DNA of 64,000 nt from Bacteroidales bacterium (GCA_963677975.1 OY782677.1:1665821-1729820), one strand, 5' to 3'; positions 45,694 through 57,456 are shown, counted from the first letter of the stretch. Program-made: numbers and translations. The notes: a model not told the origin generated them from the letters alone.

Positions 45694-45722
45694 TTTGAAT
45701 TTGGGTTTTGGGAATTTGGTTA
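45694..45722. repeat. short-period array tttgaatttgggttttgggaatttggt
   Basis: Read directly. It is the reverse complement of the ccaaattcc-type words seen at 19701-19714 and 39541-39556. Confidence 0.5.
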
Positions 45723-45835
45723 GCACAAAGGCCGTGAAGAAGACGCGAAAAACACAAAGTATTATTCGTCGCATGAAGCCGGGAATTATATAGACATCTA
45801 ATAAAATTGACTTTACCTTCTAAACAAATTTGACA

Positions 45836-45843
45836 TATTTTTG
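45836..45843 (+). promoter_or_regulatory. -7 box (TAttTTTG)
   Basis: Lies 31 nt upstream of ATG 45874. Confidence 0.55.
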
Positions 45844-45873
45844 TAATACTATACTCTAAAAACAAATTTCAAA

Positions 45874-46539
45874 ATGGATACAGCCCTGGTTCTTGAATTC
45901 CTCACCGAGTTAAAAGTGAATAACAACCGTGAGTGGTTCCTGGAAAATAAAAAATGGTACGATGCTTCGAAAAAAGAAGTAGAAAGTTTTGTGTCAGAAA
46001 TGATAGTTGCAATTTCAGCAATTGATCCTTTGTTACAGACCCCATCGATGAAAGATTGCATGTTTCGTATTTTCAGGGATGTGCGCTTTGGAGCGGATAA
46101 ATCACCCTATAAGACGAATTTCGGGGCTTTTATAGCCCGTGGAGGACGCAAGAGTTCATTTCCCGGTTATTATTTCCATTTCGAGCCGGGCGAATCGATG
46201 CTCGCGGGTGGTGTGTATATGCCGCCGCCTGATGTACTGAAACTCCTCCGCAACGAAGTGTATTACCACAGTGATGAATTCAAGGGAATCCTTGCTAATC
46301 CTTCGTTTCAAAAGCATTTTGACCAGCTTGGCGATTTCGACAAGTTGAAGAAACCGCCAAAGGATTTCCCGGCTGATTTCCCTGATGTTGATTTGCTTAA
46401 ATACCGCTCATATATTGTATCGCGGGTTTTCGCCGATACTGCAGTAACATCAGGTGACTACCATAAGCAACTTATTGAAATGGTAAAAGAACTTCAGCCC
46501 TTCATGGCTTTTCTCAACAGGGCTATCAGCAATGCATAG
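45874..46539 (+). CDS. DUF2461 (TIGR02453) family protein
   Basis: ...FLTELKVNNNREWFLENKKWYD...FRIFRDVRFGADKSPYKTNFGAF...YYFHFEPGESMLAGGVYMP. Confidence 0.8.
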   Translation: MDTALVLEFLTELKVNNNREWFLENKKWYDASKKEVESFVSEMIVAISAIDPLLQTPSMKDCMFRIFRDVRFGADKSPYKTNFGAFIARGGRKSSFPGYYFHFEPGESMLAGGVYMPPPDVLKLLRNEVYYHSDEFKGILANPSFQKHFDQLGDFDKLKKPPKDFPADFPDVDLLKYRSYIVSRVFADTAVTSGDYHKQLIEMVKELQPFMAFLNRAISNA

Positions 46540-46561
46540 CTGTTACCGGATAATGAAAATG

Positions 46562-46592
46562 AAAAAAGACAGATATTACCTGTCTTTTTTTT
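46562..46592. terminator. bidirectional terminator (A6-agacag-atattac-ctgtct-T8)
   Basis: Read directly, between the convergent DUF2461 gene and gyrB. Confidence 0.8.
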
Positions 46593-46613
46593 GATGCAAT
46601 CTTTGTCTTGTAT

Positions 46614-48626
<2,013 letters not shown>

Positions 48627-48637
48627 TTAATGCATGG

Positions 48638-48645
48638 CAAAGGTA
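48638..48645 (-). promoter_or_regulatory. -7 box (TAccTTTG on minus strand) for gyrB
   Basis: The reverse complement of caaaggta is tacctttg, 36 nt upstream of ATG 48602. Confidence 0.5.
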
Positions 48646-48817
48646 AGAATTTTATTTGAGAAAATCGGGAAAATGGCTCTCCTGATGACAAGAATTTATC
48701 AACAATTTTATGAAATAGTTAAAAAGTTAACTATCAGTAAATGAATAATATATAGTTTATTTTTAGATATATGTGCTGCCCTTTTCAGCTCACATGCAAT
48801 AGCAATGCATCAGCATG

Positions 48818-51433
48818 CTAGAAGATTATGGCGTATGATAGTTTTATAAGAAAATCGTTCTGCGGGAATGTGCTGTGCAGTTCTTTCGTATAGTCGTTAA
48901 ACATGAATTGACCTTCGGATCCATCGGTTGTTCGTCCCTGCGACCAAACAAGAAAAAATGTAGAACCGGGTTTGTATTCCCATCTGAAAACCAGGTTCGA
49001 CCTGTATTGCAGGAAATGAAAGTTGGGGTCTTCAAAACTGAAATCAGTGCCGTTGCCATCGGTGTCAACATCAAACTCTTCGGTCTCGGAATTGTATTGA
49101 ATTTCATTTGGTGTATATACATGGAAACGGTCATTATAATCGGCGGCGTCCGGATCGGTAATAGTTTTAAATTTCGAATAGTTGCCTGCGAAAAAGAAGG
49201 GTTGCCCGTAATATTGAATCGACATATCGGGTGTTATCCCGACATTAATCCTTGCTGAAACCGAAAACTGTTCACTATAAAGGTATGCCATAATATAATT
49301 GTCGGGAGCATCACCTTCAATGGTGGTTACATATTGCAGGTTATCCTGTCCGATGGAATAAGAGGGAGCAAGGGAAATGGAAACCGTATTTACGGGTTTA
49401 TAGGTTATATTCATTTCTACAAGCGAAAATGTTGAATTGTCGTGTCCGCTCCAGCGGTTCATAAGGAAAACACCGGCCTGAAGTTTTTTCCGTTGGTCGC
49501 TGTCGAATCCTATCCTGTAGTTAAACCCTGGAGGGGAATTTAGCATGGGTCCGCCGCGGAGGTCATAGGCTGACAGTGAGTTGCCCTGAAGGTTGAACCC
49601 GGTATATACGGAATAGTAATTTTTGAACTGCATGTTGCCGTTCATTTCCAGCCCTTTGTATATGCTTTGCCCGGCAAAATTCCAGCCGGTATAAATATCG
49701 CCGCCAAAGTTGAAATTATTATAAAAGCTCTTAGGCTGCCACTCGTTATATCCGAACCATGCAACCTGCTGAATATTATCAGCCTGCTGCATAAATCCCA
49801 GGTCGTTGAAATCGAGCCCTGGCGACGACCATGTTACCCATGACAATATTCTCAGGTGACCACCTCCGAATTTACCGAATTCCAGGGTTCCTCCGTGCCC
49901 GCTCAGGCTTGTGCGTGAGCTGTCGACTTCAAAGTGTGTGGCATCAGGCCGTTGAAAATTATGTGTTGAAGTGGTTTGTAGTTCGGTTATTGATTCGGTA
50001 GTGCCGTATATGCTGCTGAAGATTCCTTTTACTGTGAAGAAGTAGTTCTTGTTTTTCCAGTAATGTGTGAGATTTGCACCTCCTGTATAAGCTGAGGCAG
50101 GTAAAGTCAGAAAATTGTCATCGTCGATTTTGCGGTTAGTAGCAGTAAAAAGACCTCCAACAACTGTATTTCCTTTATCAATATCCTGTTCTACCCGGGC
50201 TACCATGTAATTTGTAAGAGGTTCGACCGGGTAATCGCTCCGGACACCATTTTTGTCAATTTCGGCAACTTCACGCTGAGTAATTGACTCAAGAATACCG
50301 ATTGAAGTGCCATTTCGGGTTTTGCCGGATAATTTAAAAGCACCAAGTATACTTGTATTTTCAGGGATATCGGCATACTCATTATCAGCGAGATCCGGCT
50401 CAAAATGGGGGGAGCGCCCTATACGCCGGGAATAAAACATACCTGTACTCGAACCGTCGCCATCACCAGAGGTCATGCGGAAATTAAAGATATTGCGCCC
50501 TTCGATAAAAAACGGCCTTTTCTCAGGGTAAAATGATTCGAATGCCGAAAGGTTAACCTGCGAAGGATCGGCTTCAACCTGGCCAAAGTCGGGGTTCACA
50601 GAAAAGTTAAGTGTAAGGTCGTTGGTTATACTGACCTTCCCATCGAGTCCTGCCGAAAATGATGTTTCTTTACCTGTGGCAAACGGGTTTCCTTCTTCTT
50701 TTTCGGAAAGGGAGTATTTGCTAAGTGCAAACGGGAATAGTTCAATGTCTTTCTTTGGAGAGATATTGCTGATTCCCTCAAGAGTTCCGAAATCGCTTAC
50801 CATTTTGTTAGCACTCTTGTGTAATGGGCTCCACAACGATAATTCGCTTTTGCGGTATACAAACCGTGCTACTTCAACTCCCCATTTATAACTATCCTTT
50901 TTGGTAAACCGGAGCTGCGAAAGCGGGATCCTCATCTCGGTATACCAGCCCATGGCATCCGAACTTGTTTCAACATACCAGATCGGATCCCAGCTATCAT
51001 CGTCATTCACATCATTCGTAAAGATCATATCGACCTTTGAACCTGCTGCGGTAACCGTGAATCCAAATGCGGTAAGTTTATCCTCGTAACTGTCTAATAT
51101 TACTCCAACCCAATCGCCATCACCGTCATCGCGCCGGGTAAGCCGCTTGTTGATTTTATCAGGTTCGGTGTCAAATGCTTTTATTGCAACATAAATATTG
51201 TTGTCATCATAAAGTATCGCAAATTGCGTGTTCTGGCTTGGGAGCGAGTCTTCGTAAGGTTCGAATTGTACGAAATCACCACTCCATACGGCATGGTCCC
51301 AACAGCCATCATCGAGTTTGCCATCGAGTACAGGAGGTTTTGGATTTATCTTATGGGTAGTATAGGATTTGCTTTGAGTAAAAGCTAAGAAAGGCAGAAA
51401 TATAAGAATTAAAAAAGTTAGGCGTGCAGGCAT
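48818..51433 (-). CDS. CBM9-like N-terminal domain + DUF5916-type large beta-rich protein (secreted/outer membrane)
   Basis: Signal peptide. ...PPVLDGKLDDGCWDHAVWSGDFVQFEPYE... (CBM9-like), a long beta-rich body, and C-terminal ...FRWEYKPGSTFFLVWSQGRT...DFLIKLSYAIIF. Confidence 0.65.
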   Translation of the reverse strand: MPARLTFLILIFLPFLAFTQSKSYTTHKINPKPPVLDGKLDDGCWDHAVWSGDFVQFEPYEDSLPSQNTQFAILYDDNNIYVAIKAFDTEPDKINKRLTRRDDGDGDWVGVILDSYEDKLTAFGFTVTAAGSKVDMIFTNDVNDDDSWDPIWYVETSSDAMGWYTEMRIPLSQLRFTKKDSYKWGVEVARFVYRKSELSLWSPLHKSANKMVSDFGTLEGISNISPKKDIELFPFALSKYSLSEKEEGNPFATGKETSFSAGLDGKVSITNDLTLNFSVNPDFGQVEADPSQVNLSAFESFYPEKRPFFIEGRNIFNFRMTSGDGDGSSTGMFYSRRIGRSPHFEPDLADNEYADIPENTSILGAFKLSGKTRNGTSIGILESITQREVAEIDKNGVRSDYPVEPLTNYMVARVEQDIDKGNTVVGGLFTATNRKIDDDNFLTLPASAYTGGANLTHYWKNKNYFFTVKGIFSSIYGTTESITELQTTSTHNFQRPDATHFEVDSSRTSLSGHGGTLEFGKFGGGHLRILSWVTWSSPGLDFNDLGFMQQADNIQQVAWFGYNEWQPKSFYNNFNFGGDIYTGWNFAGQSIYKGLEMNGNMQFKNYYSVYTGFNLQGNSLSAYDLRGGPMLNSPPGFNYRIGFDSDQRKKLQAGVFLMNRWSGHDNSTFSLVEMNITYKPVNTVSISLAPSYSIGQDNLQYVTTIEGDAPDNYIMAYLYSEQFSVSARINVGITPDMSIQYYGQPFFFAGNYSKFKTITDPDAADYNDRFHVYTPNEIQYNSETEEFDVDTDGNGTDFSFEDPNFHFLQYRSNLVFRWEYKPGSTFFLVWSQGRTTDGSEGQFMFNDYTKELHSTFPQNDFLIKLSYAIIF

Positions 51434-51770
51434 AAATGTGTTTTGAGGGTATGACGTATCAATGTCAGTATTGTTACAAAATTATATCGTTTTATACAAA
51501 ATAATTGCTCGTTGAAGCATTGTCCGCAATGTATTATACATGTACTGTGATATCCTCGCTGACTTGCGAAAATTCATCGGTCAAACCCCGCACCTTTGAT
51601 CAGGAAAAATTTACCGGCTTATATTTGTTGAAGGCTGGAACCGGATTGAAAAATGTTTTTTACATATATTTTGATTAATGTACTTTTTCAGTTCACTTAT
51701 CCGTATTTGTTTTCCGCTGATCAATTTTAGTTATCTGTCGAAATAGTTTGTTATTGCCTGCAGCCGGTTA

Positions 51771-51778
51771 TACCTTTG
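51771..51778 (+). promoter_or_regulatory. -7 box (TAccTTTG) for the LytS/LytTR pair
   Basis: Lies 33 nt upstream of ATG 51811. Confidence 0.55.
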
Positions 51779-51810
51779 CGATTGAAACCAGAATTACCGG
51801 ATCCTGAACG

Positions 51811-52965
51811 ATGAGGGAGAAAATACTGAATATACGCAAAATCGAACTGATCGTTTTTATTGTGATCTGGATGGTTGTGTTTTCGATTCCCTTTTTCAGC
51901 CAGAGAATTGAAAATGATATCAACTGGAGCAAAGTTACAGGTGAATGGATCAGGATGTGTTCCTTCCTTGCCGTTTTTTTACTAAACACGTTATTGTTTG
52001 TACCGAAATTTCTTTTACAGAAAAAGTATCGCTCCTATTTTATATACACCACTTTATCGATACTTATAATTATCGGAATTACGGTTTCACTAAGGCTTTT
52101 CATGACTCCTCCCCAGCCGCTGGAAATGCCGCCCATGGATTTAGGGCCCGGGATGCCGCCCATGGAATTAGGGCCCGGGATGCCGCCTCCGCAGGGTTTC
52201 AAGATGGCTGACCCTCCCGAACAGAGATCAATACTGATGCATTTTATCGATAACCTGATTCTTGCCATTCTTGTAGTTGGATTGAGTACTGCGTTCAAAC
52301 TGTTATCGGAATGGCTCAGGGAGGAAAACTGGCGCAAAGACCTGGAGAAGGAACAACTCAGGACCGAGTTGGCCCTGCTCAGGCACCAGGTAAGCCCGCA
52401 TTTTTTCATGAATACACTCAATAATATTCACGCACTTATCGATATTAATTCCGAAGATGCCAAGGATACGATAATACAACTTTCGACCATGATGCGGTAC
52501 CTTCTTTATGATACAGCCCACGGGAAAACCACGCTTAAAAAAGAAATTAATTTCATCGAAAGCTATATGACCCTGATGAAATTGCGTTTCCCCAAGGAAG
52601 TGGCCGTTGTACTCGATATACCTGACGAGATTCGCGATATTGAAATCCCGCCAATGTTGTTTATTTCGTTCCTCGAAAATGCGTTCAAACATGGCGTTAG
52701 TTACAAGGCCGAATCGTATGTTTCGATGAAGATTGAACAGGTTGGCAACCGTTTAAAATGTTCCGTTAAAAACAGTAAACATAACAATATTGATAGTCTT
52801 GACAGCAGCTATTCGGGGATCGGATTGACCAATATCAAGAAAAGCCTTAAACTGCTCTTCGGCAACGATTATAGCCTTCATATTCATGAAACCGAAAAAG
52901 AATTTGAGGTTCAGTTGTCAATCCCGGTTCATGAAATAGTTCAGACTGTTAAAACTGATATATAG
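51811..52965 (+). CDS. LytS/YehU-type sensor histidine kinase
   Basis: N-terminal TM helices, a Pro/Met/Gly repeat linker, the His_kinase motif LRHQVSPHFFMNTLNNIHAL, and an HATPase region (FLENAFKHG...GIGLTN). Confidence 0.88.
   Translation: MREKILNIRKIELIVFIVIWMVVFSIPFFSQRIENDINWSKVTGEWIRMCSFLAVFLLNTLLFVPKFLLQKKYRSYFIYTTLSILIIIGITVSLRLFMTPPQPLEMPPMDLGPGMPPMELGPGMPPPQGFKMADPPEQRSILMHFIDNLILAILVVGLSTAFKLLSEWLREENWRKDLEKEQLRTELALLRHQVSPHFFMNTLNNIHALIDINSEDAKDTIIQLSTMMRYLLYDTAHGKTTLKKEINFIESYMTLMKLRFPKEVAVVLDIPDEIRDIEIPPMLFISFLENAFKHGVSYKAESYVSMKIEQVGNRLKCSVKNSKHNNIDSLDSSYSGIGLTNIKKSLKLLFGNDYSLHIHETEKEFEVQLSIPVHEIVQTVKTDI
52126..52195 (+). repeat. in-frame 27-nt tandem repeat encoding MPPMDLGPG / MPPMELGPG / MPPPQG
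   Basis: atgccgcccatggatttagggcccggg atgccgcccatggaattagggcccggg atgccgcctccgcag, read directly inside the kinase gene. Confidence 0.85.
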
Positions 52966-53045
52966 GTTGAGGGTTAAAGGTTTTGAACTTCTCAAATTTT
53001 TTTTTCTACCTTCTATCATCCACCTTCTACCTTCAATAAAGCAGT
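52966..53045. repeat. short-period intergenic arrays (GGTTGAG GGTTAAA GGTTTTG; ctACCTTCTatcatccACCTTCTACCTTC)
   Basis: Read directly, immediately after the kinase stop codon. Confidence 0.6.
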
Positions 53046-53079
53046 CATTAAAGAGAAATTATACAAATCCAACTGCCAA

Positions 53080-53799
53080 ATGAAACTAAAGTGCCTGGCT
53101 ATTGACGACGAGCCTCTTGCATTAAAACAGATCAACTCATACATTGAAAAGACATCATTTCTCGAAGTTATGTCACTGTGCAGCAGTGCTTTTGAAGCTA
53201 TGGAGTATTTGTCGGCGAATGAGGTTGACCTTATGTTTGTTGATATCAATATGCCCGACCTCAACGGAATGGATTTTGTAAAGTCGCTGGCCGTTAAGCC
53301 CCAGGTGATTTTTACAACTGCCTACAGCGAATATGCACTCGAAGGATTCCAGGTGAATGCGCTTGATTATATCCTGAAACCGGTTAGTTATGCCGCTTTC
53401 CTGAAATCGGTCAACAAGGCAAAAATCTGGTTCGAACTCAGCCAGCGTCAGCCAGAAATCTTGAAATCCAATAAGGACAGCCTTTTTGTAAAATCGGAGT
53501 ACAAAATGGTACGTATATTCTTATCAGAGATTAAATATATCGAAAGTTCGAACGAGTACATTCTTATTCATCTTACCACCGGGGAACCTGTTTCGACGCT
53601 TATACGGCTTAAAGTAATGGAAGAACAGCTTCCCGCCGATATTTTTATGCGGGTACATCGTTCGTTTATTGTAAACCTCAACCAGGTGAAAGTGATCGAA
53701 AGGAACCGGATTGTTTTTGATAATAAAATTTACATACCCGTTGGGGAGCAGTACAAGGATAATTTCCAGGCTTTTGTTGATAAAACCTTCCTGGTTTGA
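53080..53799 (+). CDS. LytR/AlgR-family response regulator (LytTR DNA-binding domain)
   Basis: Receiver domain (CLAIDDEPLAL...LMFVDINMPDLNG) plus a LytTR domain (IKYIESSNEYILIHL...RVHRSFIVNL). Confidence 0.92.
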   Translation: MKLKCLAIDDEPLALKQINSYIEKTSFLEVMSLCSSAFEAMEYLSANEVDLMFVDINMPDLNGMDFVKSLAVKPQVIFTTAYSEYALEGFQVNALDYILKPVSYAAFLKSVNKAKIWFELSQRQPEILKSNKDSLFVKSEYKMVRIFLSEIKYIESSNEYILIHLTTGEPVSTLIRLKVMEEQLPADIFMRVHRSFIVNLNQVKVIERNRIVFDNKIYIPVGEQYKDNFQAFVDKTFLV

Positions 53800-53821
53800 T
53801 TTTAGTCCAATACAGTTTCTG

Positions 53822-54847
53822 TTAAGCTTTCCGCGAATACCATTTCACAATCTTTTCGTATGCGAATGTAAGCAATACCGTTGCAGCAAAAATAATCCCG
53901 GTCCAAATGGGGAATGTCCCTATAGTCTGAGTTTGGTAAAATACAGTTGCAAGATTCCCTATAATCAGCCATTGGATCACATAAAACGCAGTTATGTTTC
54001 TCCCTATATTGCAAAAGAAATTTGCAGTTTGAGATTGAAGGAACTGCTTTACTGCCAGGCGGATAACCAGCACCCACAAGAATGTTAATCCTATAGCCCA
54101 GAAAATAAACAAGAAAGTGTGATGGTAATAGGAGGGAAGATCAATAGTTGTATTCACTCCCCAACGGAAAAAAATCAGCACTGGTACTGCAATGGAAACG
54201 ATAAGTGCCCTTGCGGCTTTTTTATTTTTCAGAATAAATGATGTTACCTGATTTTCGAAACGGGCAAAAATAAATCCTGCCAGCGGATAGGCCAGCCATG
54301 GGAAAAGTGGGAAATACGACCAGGAATAATGGCCGGCTATAAATGGCAAAACGAAATAATGATTCTCTAAAGTAAGTTTTTCGTTTAATGTTCCGGTTAT
54401 ACTGCCAACAACAATGAACAGGGCCATTGCAGCCCATTCCTGCCATTTCCCGAAAAGTTTAAAAAAAGCAAGGATAATTATACTTAGGCCAGCAAGATAA
54501 AAGATATCGATGCCAAACAGGTATTGAAGCGGGTTATGTGGCCAGCCAGAATAGAATATATTGAGCAGGAGATGTAGGTTGAGCCCGAAATTAAGCAGGA
54601 AGCCGAGAATAAATATCCTGATTCCGCGAAAAACATTTTCGGAAATGCTGTGTTTGTTAAGGGCAATAAAATAACCCATTACCACCATGAAAACCACAGC
54701 AGCAAATGGCCCCCCGAGGAAAAGGGAAGCTTCCCCGACCAAGGTTCCCTTACCCGCAGGATCAATAAATAGCTCAGTTATATGTATCTGAACCATAAGG
54801 AAAGCTGCCAGCCCTTTGAGTATGTCAGGCAGTAGAAATCGTTTCAT
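53822..54847 (-). CDS. DUF1624 / heparan-alpha-glucosaminide N-acetyltransferase-like membrane acyltransferase
   Basis: N-terminus MKRFLLPDILKGLAAFLMVQIHITELF is typical of the family. About 10 TM. Confidence 0.65.
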   Translation of the reverse strand: MKRFLLPDILKGLAAFLMVQIHITELFIDPAGKGTLVGEASLFLGGPFAAVVFMVVMGYFIALNKHSISENVFRGIRIFILGFLLNFGLNLHLLLNIFYSGWPHNPLQYLFGIDIFYLAGLSIIILAFFKLFGKWQEWAAMALFIVVGSITGTLNEKLTLENHYFVLPFIAGHYSWSYFPLFPWLAYPLAGFIFARFENQVTSFILKNKKAARALIVSIAVPVLIFFRWGVNTTIDLPSYYHHTFLFIFWAIGLTFLWVLVIRLAVKQFLQSQTANFFCNIGRNITAFYVIQWLIIGNLATVFYQTQTIGTFPIWTGIIFAATVLLTFAYEKIVKWYSRKA

Positions 54848-55068
54848 TTTTTATGACTCTTGAACAGGGTTATCCGGCTATATGCTCAAAAATACGATTA
54901 TTCTGCATATATCATCTTATGATTCTTTGTTTGAAATATTAGTTCGTAATATTCAATTAAGCTCAAAAAATCAAATTCAACCGGCTCGGTTTACAAGCCA
55001 TTTTACCCTTTCTACTTAATAGGAGGGGCTTTTGATTGAAATCGTTTTTACAGGTTAGCAGCTCGAAT

Positions 55069-55076
55069 TATCTTTG
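55069..55076 (+). promoter_or_regulatory. -7 box (TAtcTTTG), with TTTG at 55031-55034 as a possible -33 element
   Basis: Lies 63 nt upstream of the PqqD-like ATG. The leader contains the hairpin gacag-N11-ctgtc (55091-55110). Confidence 0.55.
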
Positions 55077-55138
55077 ACAAATAATAAAAAGACAGAAATA
55101 TTTTCCTGTCACGTCAATAAACCGTAAAAACCTGCATT

Positions 55139-55378
55139 ATGAAAATACGTAAAAATATAGCTACCAGCGACGAAGGTTTTATATTCAACCCGGCCACCGG
55201 TGATTCGTTCTCAACTAACACTATAGGCGCAGAAATTATTGCTTTGCTGAAGGACGATAAGAGCACGGCAGAAATTAAAGCCGCTGTCTGTGCAAAATAC
55301 TTTGTTGAGGAAATTCAGTTTGAGAAGGATCTTGACGACTTTGTCGCACAACTGAAGGAATCGTCCATCATGGAGTAA
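55139..55378 (+). CDS. PqqD-family protein (RiPP-recognition-element-like peptide chaperone)
   Basis: 79 aa. ...EGFIFNPATGDSFSTNTIGAEIIALLKDDKSTAEIKAAVCAKYFVEEIQFEKDLDDFVAQLKESSI follows the PqqD pattern (beta-strands, then G-x-x-I-W/L-x-L-L...E-I, then 'D...F...L'). Confidence 0.7.
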   Translation: MKIRKNIATSDEGFIFNPATGDSFSTNTIGAEIIALLKDDKSTAEIKAAVCAKYFVEEIQFEKDLDDFVAQLKESSIME

Positions 55379-55498
55379 TCAATCCGGCCACCAAGGTCCT
55401 TTTCGATTGAGGAACTATGGGGTATTTTATGGGTTGGTTTATTTTTACCATTAAAAAGCCAGGTATATTCAGGTAATAAACTGCAAAAATCACTTTCA

Positions 55499-56302
55499 TT
55501 GAAACAACTTATTTTCACTTTCACATTGCTGCTTTTGCTTGTTTTTCGCGCACAGGCACAATTTAATCTCGAACACACATATTCAGGAGTGTCGGCAGCC
55601 TATGTAAATCTTCCGGTTGAGGGCTATAAATACTATGTAATGGATGTAACCAACAGCCAGTGCCGGCTTTACAATAATGATCATTCGCTGTGGAAAACCA
55701 TTAACCTGAGCCTCCCTGAAGGCTATTACCTATATGATTTACAATACGTTACCGAGAATCTTTTCAACACCGACAACGCGATTGAATTTATGTATGTTTC
55801 GTATACCTACAATACAACCCTGGCATATTACACATACGACACCCGCATAGCTAACGAAAATGGGACTGTTCTTCTGGATATTCCAGGCGGCGGTTATAAC
55901 TACATTTATCCGGCACTTACCGGCTCAAAATTATTCAGCTGGCAATATGATTACTCTGTTTCACCTTCAACTGTGAATACGTTGGTTTATTCCATTCCCG
56001 GTAAGGTAAGCAGCAACGCAGTCCCCGAATATCCTGCTTCAGAGCAGGTTCCGATGCGGGCTGCATTCCCTAACCCGGCCGGCAGTGAAGTTACAATTCC
56101 GTATACATTACCTTCACAGGTTAAGCAGGCTGAGCTGAAGCTCTTTACATTGAACGGAGTTTTACTGAAAGCCTACCCTGTCGACCATACATTCGAAACC
56201 ATAAAACTGCAGACCGGTGGTCTTATGCCGGGAACCTATTTGTACAGGATCGAATCGGGAACGTACATGTCGGAAACACTAAAGCTGGTTGTCGGCAGGT
56301 AG
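55499..56302 (+). CDS. secreted Tyr-rich protein with T9SS C-terminal sorting domain
   Basis: (TTG)MKQLIFTFTLLLLLVFRAQAQ signal peptide. The C-terminus FPNPAGSEVTIPY...LKLFTLNGVLLKAY...GTYLYRIESG...LKLVVGR is a Por secretion tail. No in-frame ATG is available. Confidence 0.72.
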   Translation: MKQLIFTFTLLLLLVFRAQAQFNLEHTYSGVSAAYVNLPVEGYKYYVMDVTNSQCRLYNNDHSLWKTINLSLPEGYYLYDLQYVTENLFNTDNAIEFMYVSYTYNTTLAYYTYDTRIANENGTVLLDIPGGGYNYIYPALTGSKLFSWQYDYSVSPSTVNTLVYSIPGKVSSNAVPEYPASEQVPMRAAFPNPAGSEVTIPYTLPSQVKQAELKLFTLNGVLLKAYPVDHTFETIKLQTGGLMPGTYLYRIESGTYMSETLKLVVGR

Positions 56303-56379
56303 AAATAAACATACAGCATCCCGTAAATCAGAAATAAACTTCGGATATAGTAGTTCGGTGAATTTTAAAATATTTGGAA

Positions 56380-57456
56380 ATGAAAACAGAAATCAGTAAT
56401 ACGGACCAGCAGGGTAAAATGAAACTTGTTATTGCGGTTACGGGGCTGAATGCGATCGACAGTCCGGGTCCCGGTGTGGCAGTAATCCGTGCCATACGCG
56501 AATGTCCTGATTTTGAAGTGCGTATTATAGGTCTTTCGTACGAATCACTCGAGCCAGGCTCCTACATGCACGACCTGGTCGATAAAACATACCTGATTCC
56601 ATACCCATCGGCCGGCACCGATACACTTATGGCCAGGCTCATGTATATTCATGAGAAAGAGAAACTTAACCTGGTTATTCCCAATTTTGATGCCGAGCTC
56701 TTCAATTTTATCAAATTATGGGACAAACTCCTTGCTGCCGGCATACATTCGTTTCTGCCTGAACTGGAGCAATTCGAGGCACGCGACAAGATCAAACTTT
56801 ATGAATTTGGCGAAAAGCATGGTTTGCTTATTCCGGCTGATAAAATCATTTACCATTCAGGCGACATTGACAAATCTGCCAAGGAAATCGGCTTCCCAAT
56901 GGTGATAAAAGGCAAATTTTATGATGCCATTATTGCAAATACTCTAGAGCAGGCACACAAAGCATTTTATAAAATCCAGGCTAAATGGGGGCTCCCGATC
57001 ATAATACAGCAGTTTATAAATGGTACCGAAATTAATGTTGCTGCCCTGGGCGATGGCGAAGGCAACGCGATAAGCATAGTCCCAATGCGTAAGCTGTATA
57101 TTACCGATAAAGGGAAGGCCTGGTCGGGAATTACGATCGAAGATTCGGCCTACGTGGAACTGGCCCGTAAATTTATTAAAGCTACCAAATGGCGCGGTGG
57201 CTGCGAACTCGAGATTATGCAGTCCGACGACGGCAAACCTTATATTATGGAAGTAAACCCAAGGTTCCCGGCATGGATTTATTTAACAGCCGCAGCCGGG
57301 CAAAACCAGCCGGCCTCACTTGTTAAGATGGCGATGGGACAAAAGGTTCAGCCTTTTACAGAGTATAAAGTCGGGACACTGTTTATCCGCTATGCCTGGG
57401 ACCTGATTACCGATATAAGCGAATTCCAGCGGATGTCGGGAACAGGAGAACTATAA
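56380..57456 (+). CDS. ATP-grasp-fold ligase (carboxylate-amine/peptide ligase type)
   Basis: ...FPMVIKGKF...IIIQQFINGTEINVAALGDGEG...CELEIMQSDDGKPYIMEVNPRFPAW... shows the ATP-grasp core with the E-x-N Mg/ATP site. The start is uncertain (TTG 56374, ATG 56380 or ATG 56419). Confidence 0.75.
   Translation: MKTEISNTDQQGKMKLVIAVTGLNAIDSPGPGVAVIRAIRECPDFEVRIIGLSYESLEPGSYMHDLVDKTYLIPYPSAGTDTLMARLMYIHEKEKLNLVIPNFDAELFNFIKLWDKLLAAGIHSFLPELEQFEARDKIKLYEFGEKHGLLIPADKIIYHSGDIDKSAKEIGFPMVIKGKFYDAIIANTLEQAHKAFYKIQAKWGLPIIIQQFINGTEINVAALGDGEGNAISIVPMRKLYITDKGKAWSGITIEDSAYVELARKFIKATKWRGGCELEIMQSDDGKPYIMEVNPRFPAWIYLTAAAGQNQPASLVKMAMGQKVQPFTEYKVGTLFIRYAWDLITDISEFQRMSGTGEL

Noticed and set aside
54853-54942. 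29-codon sORF (MTLEQGYPAICSKIRLFCIYHLMILCLKY) as a possible precursor peptide
   Set aside because: It lies upstream of the predicted promoter box of the PqqD cluster, within the divergent gene's 5' region, and nothing supports it.
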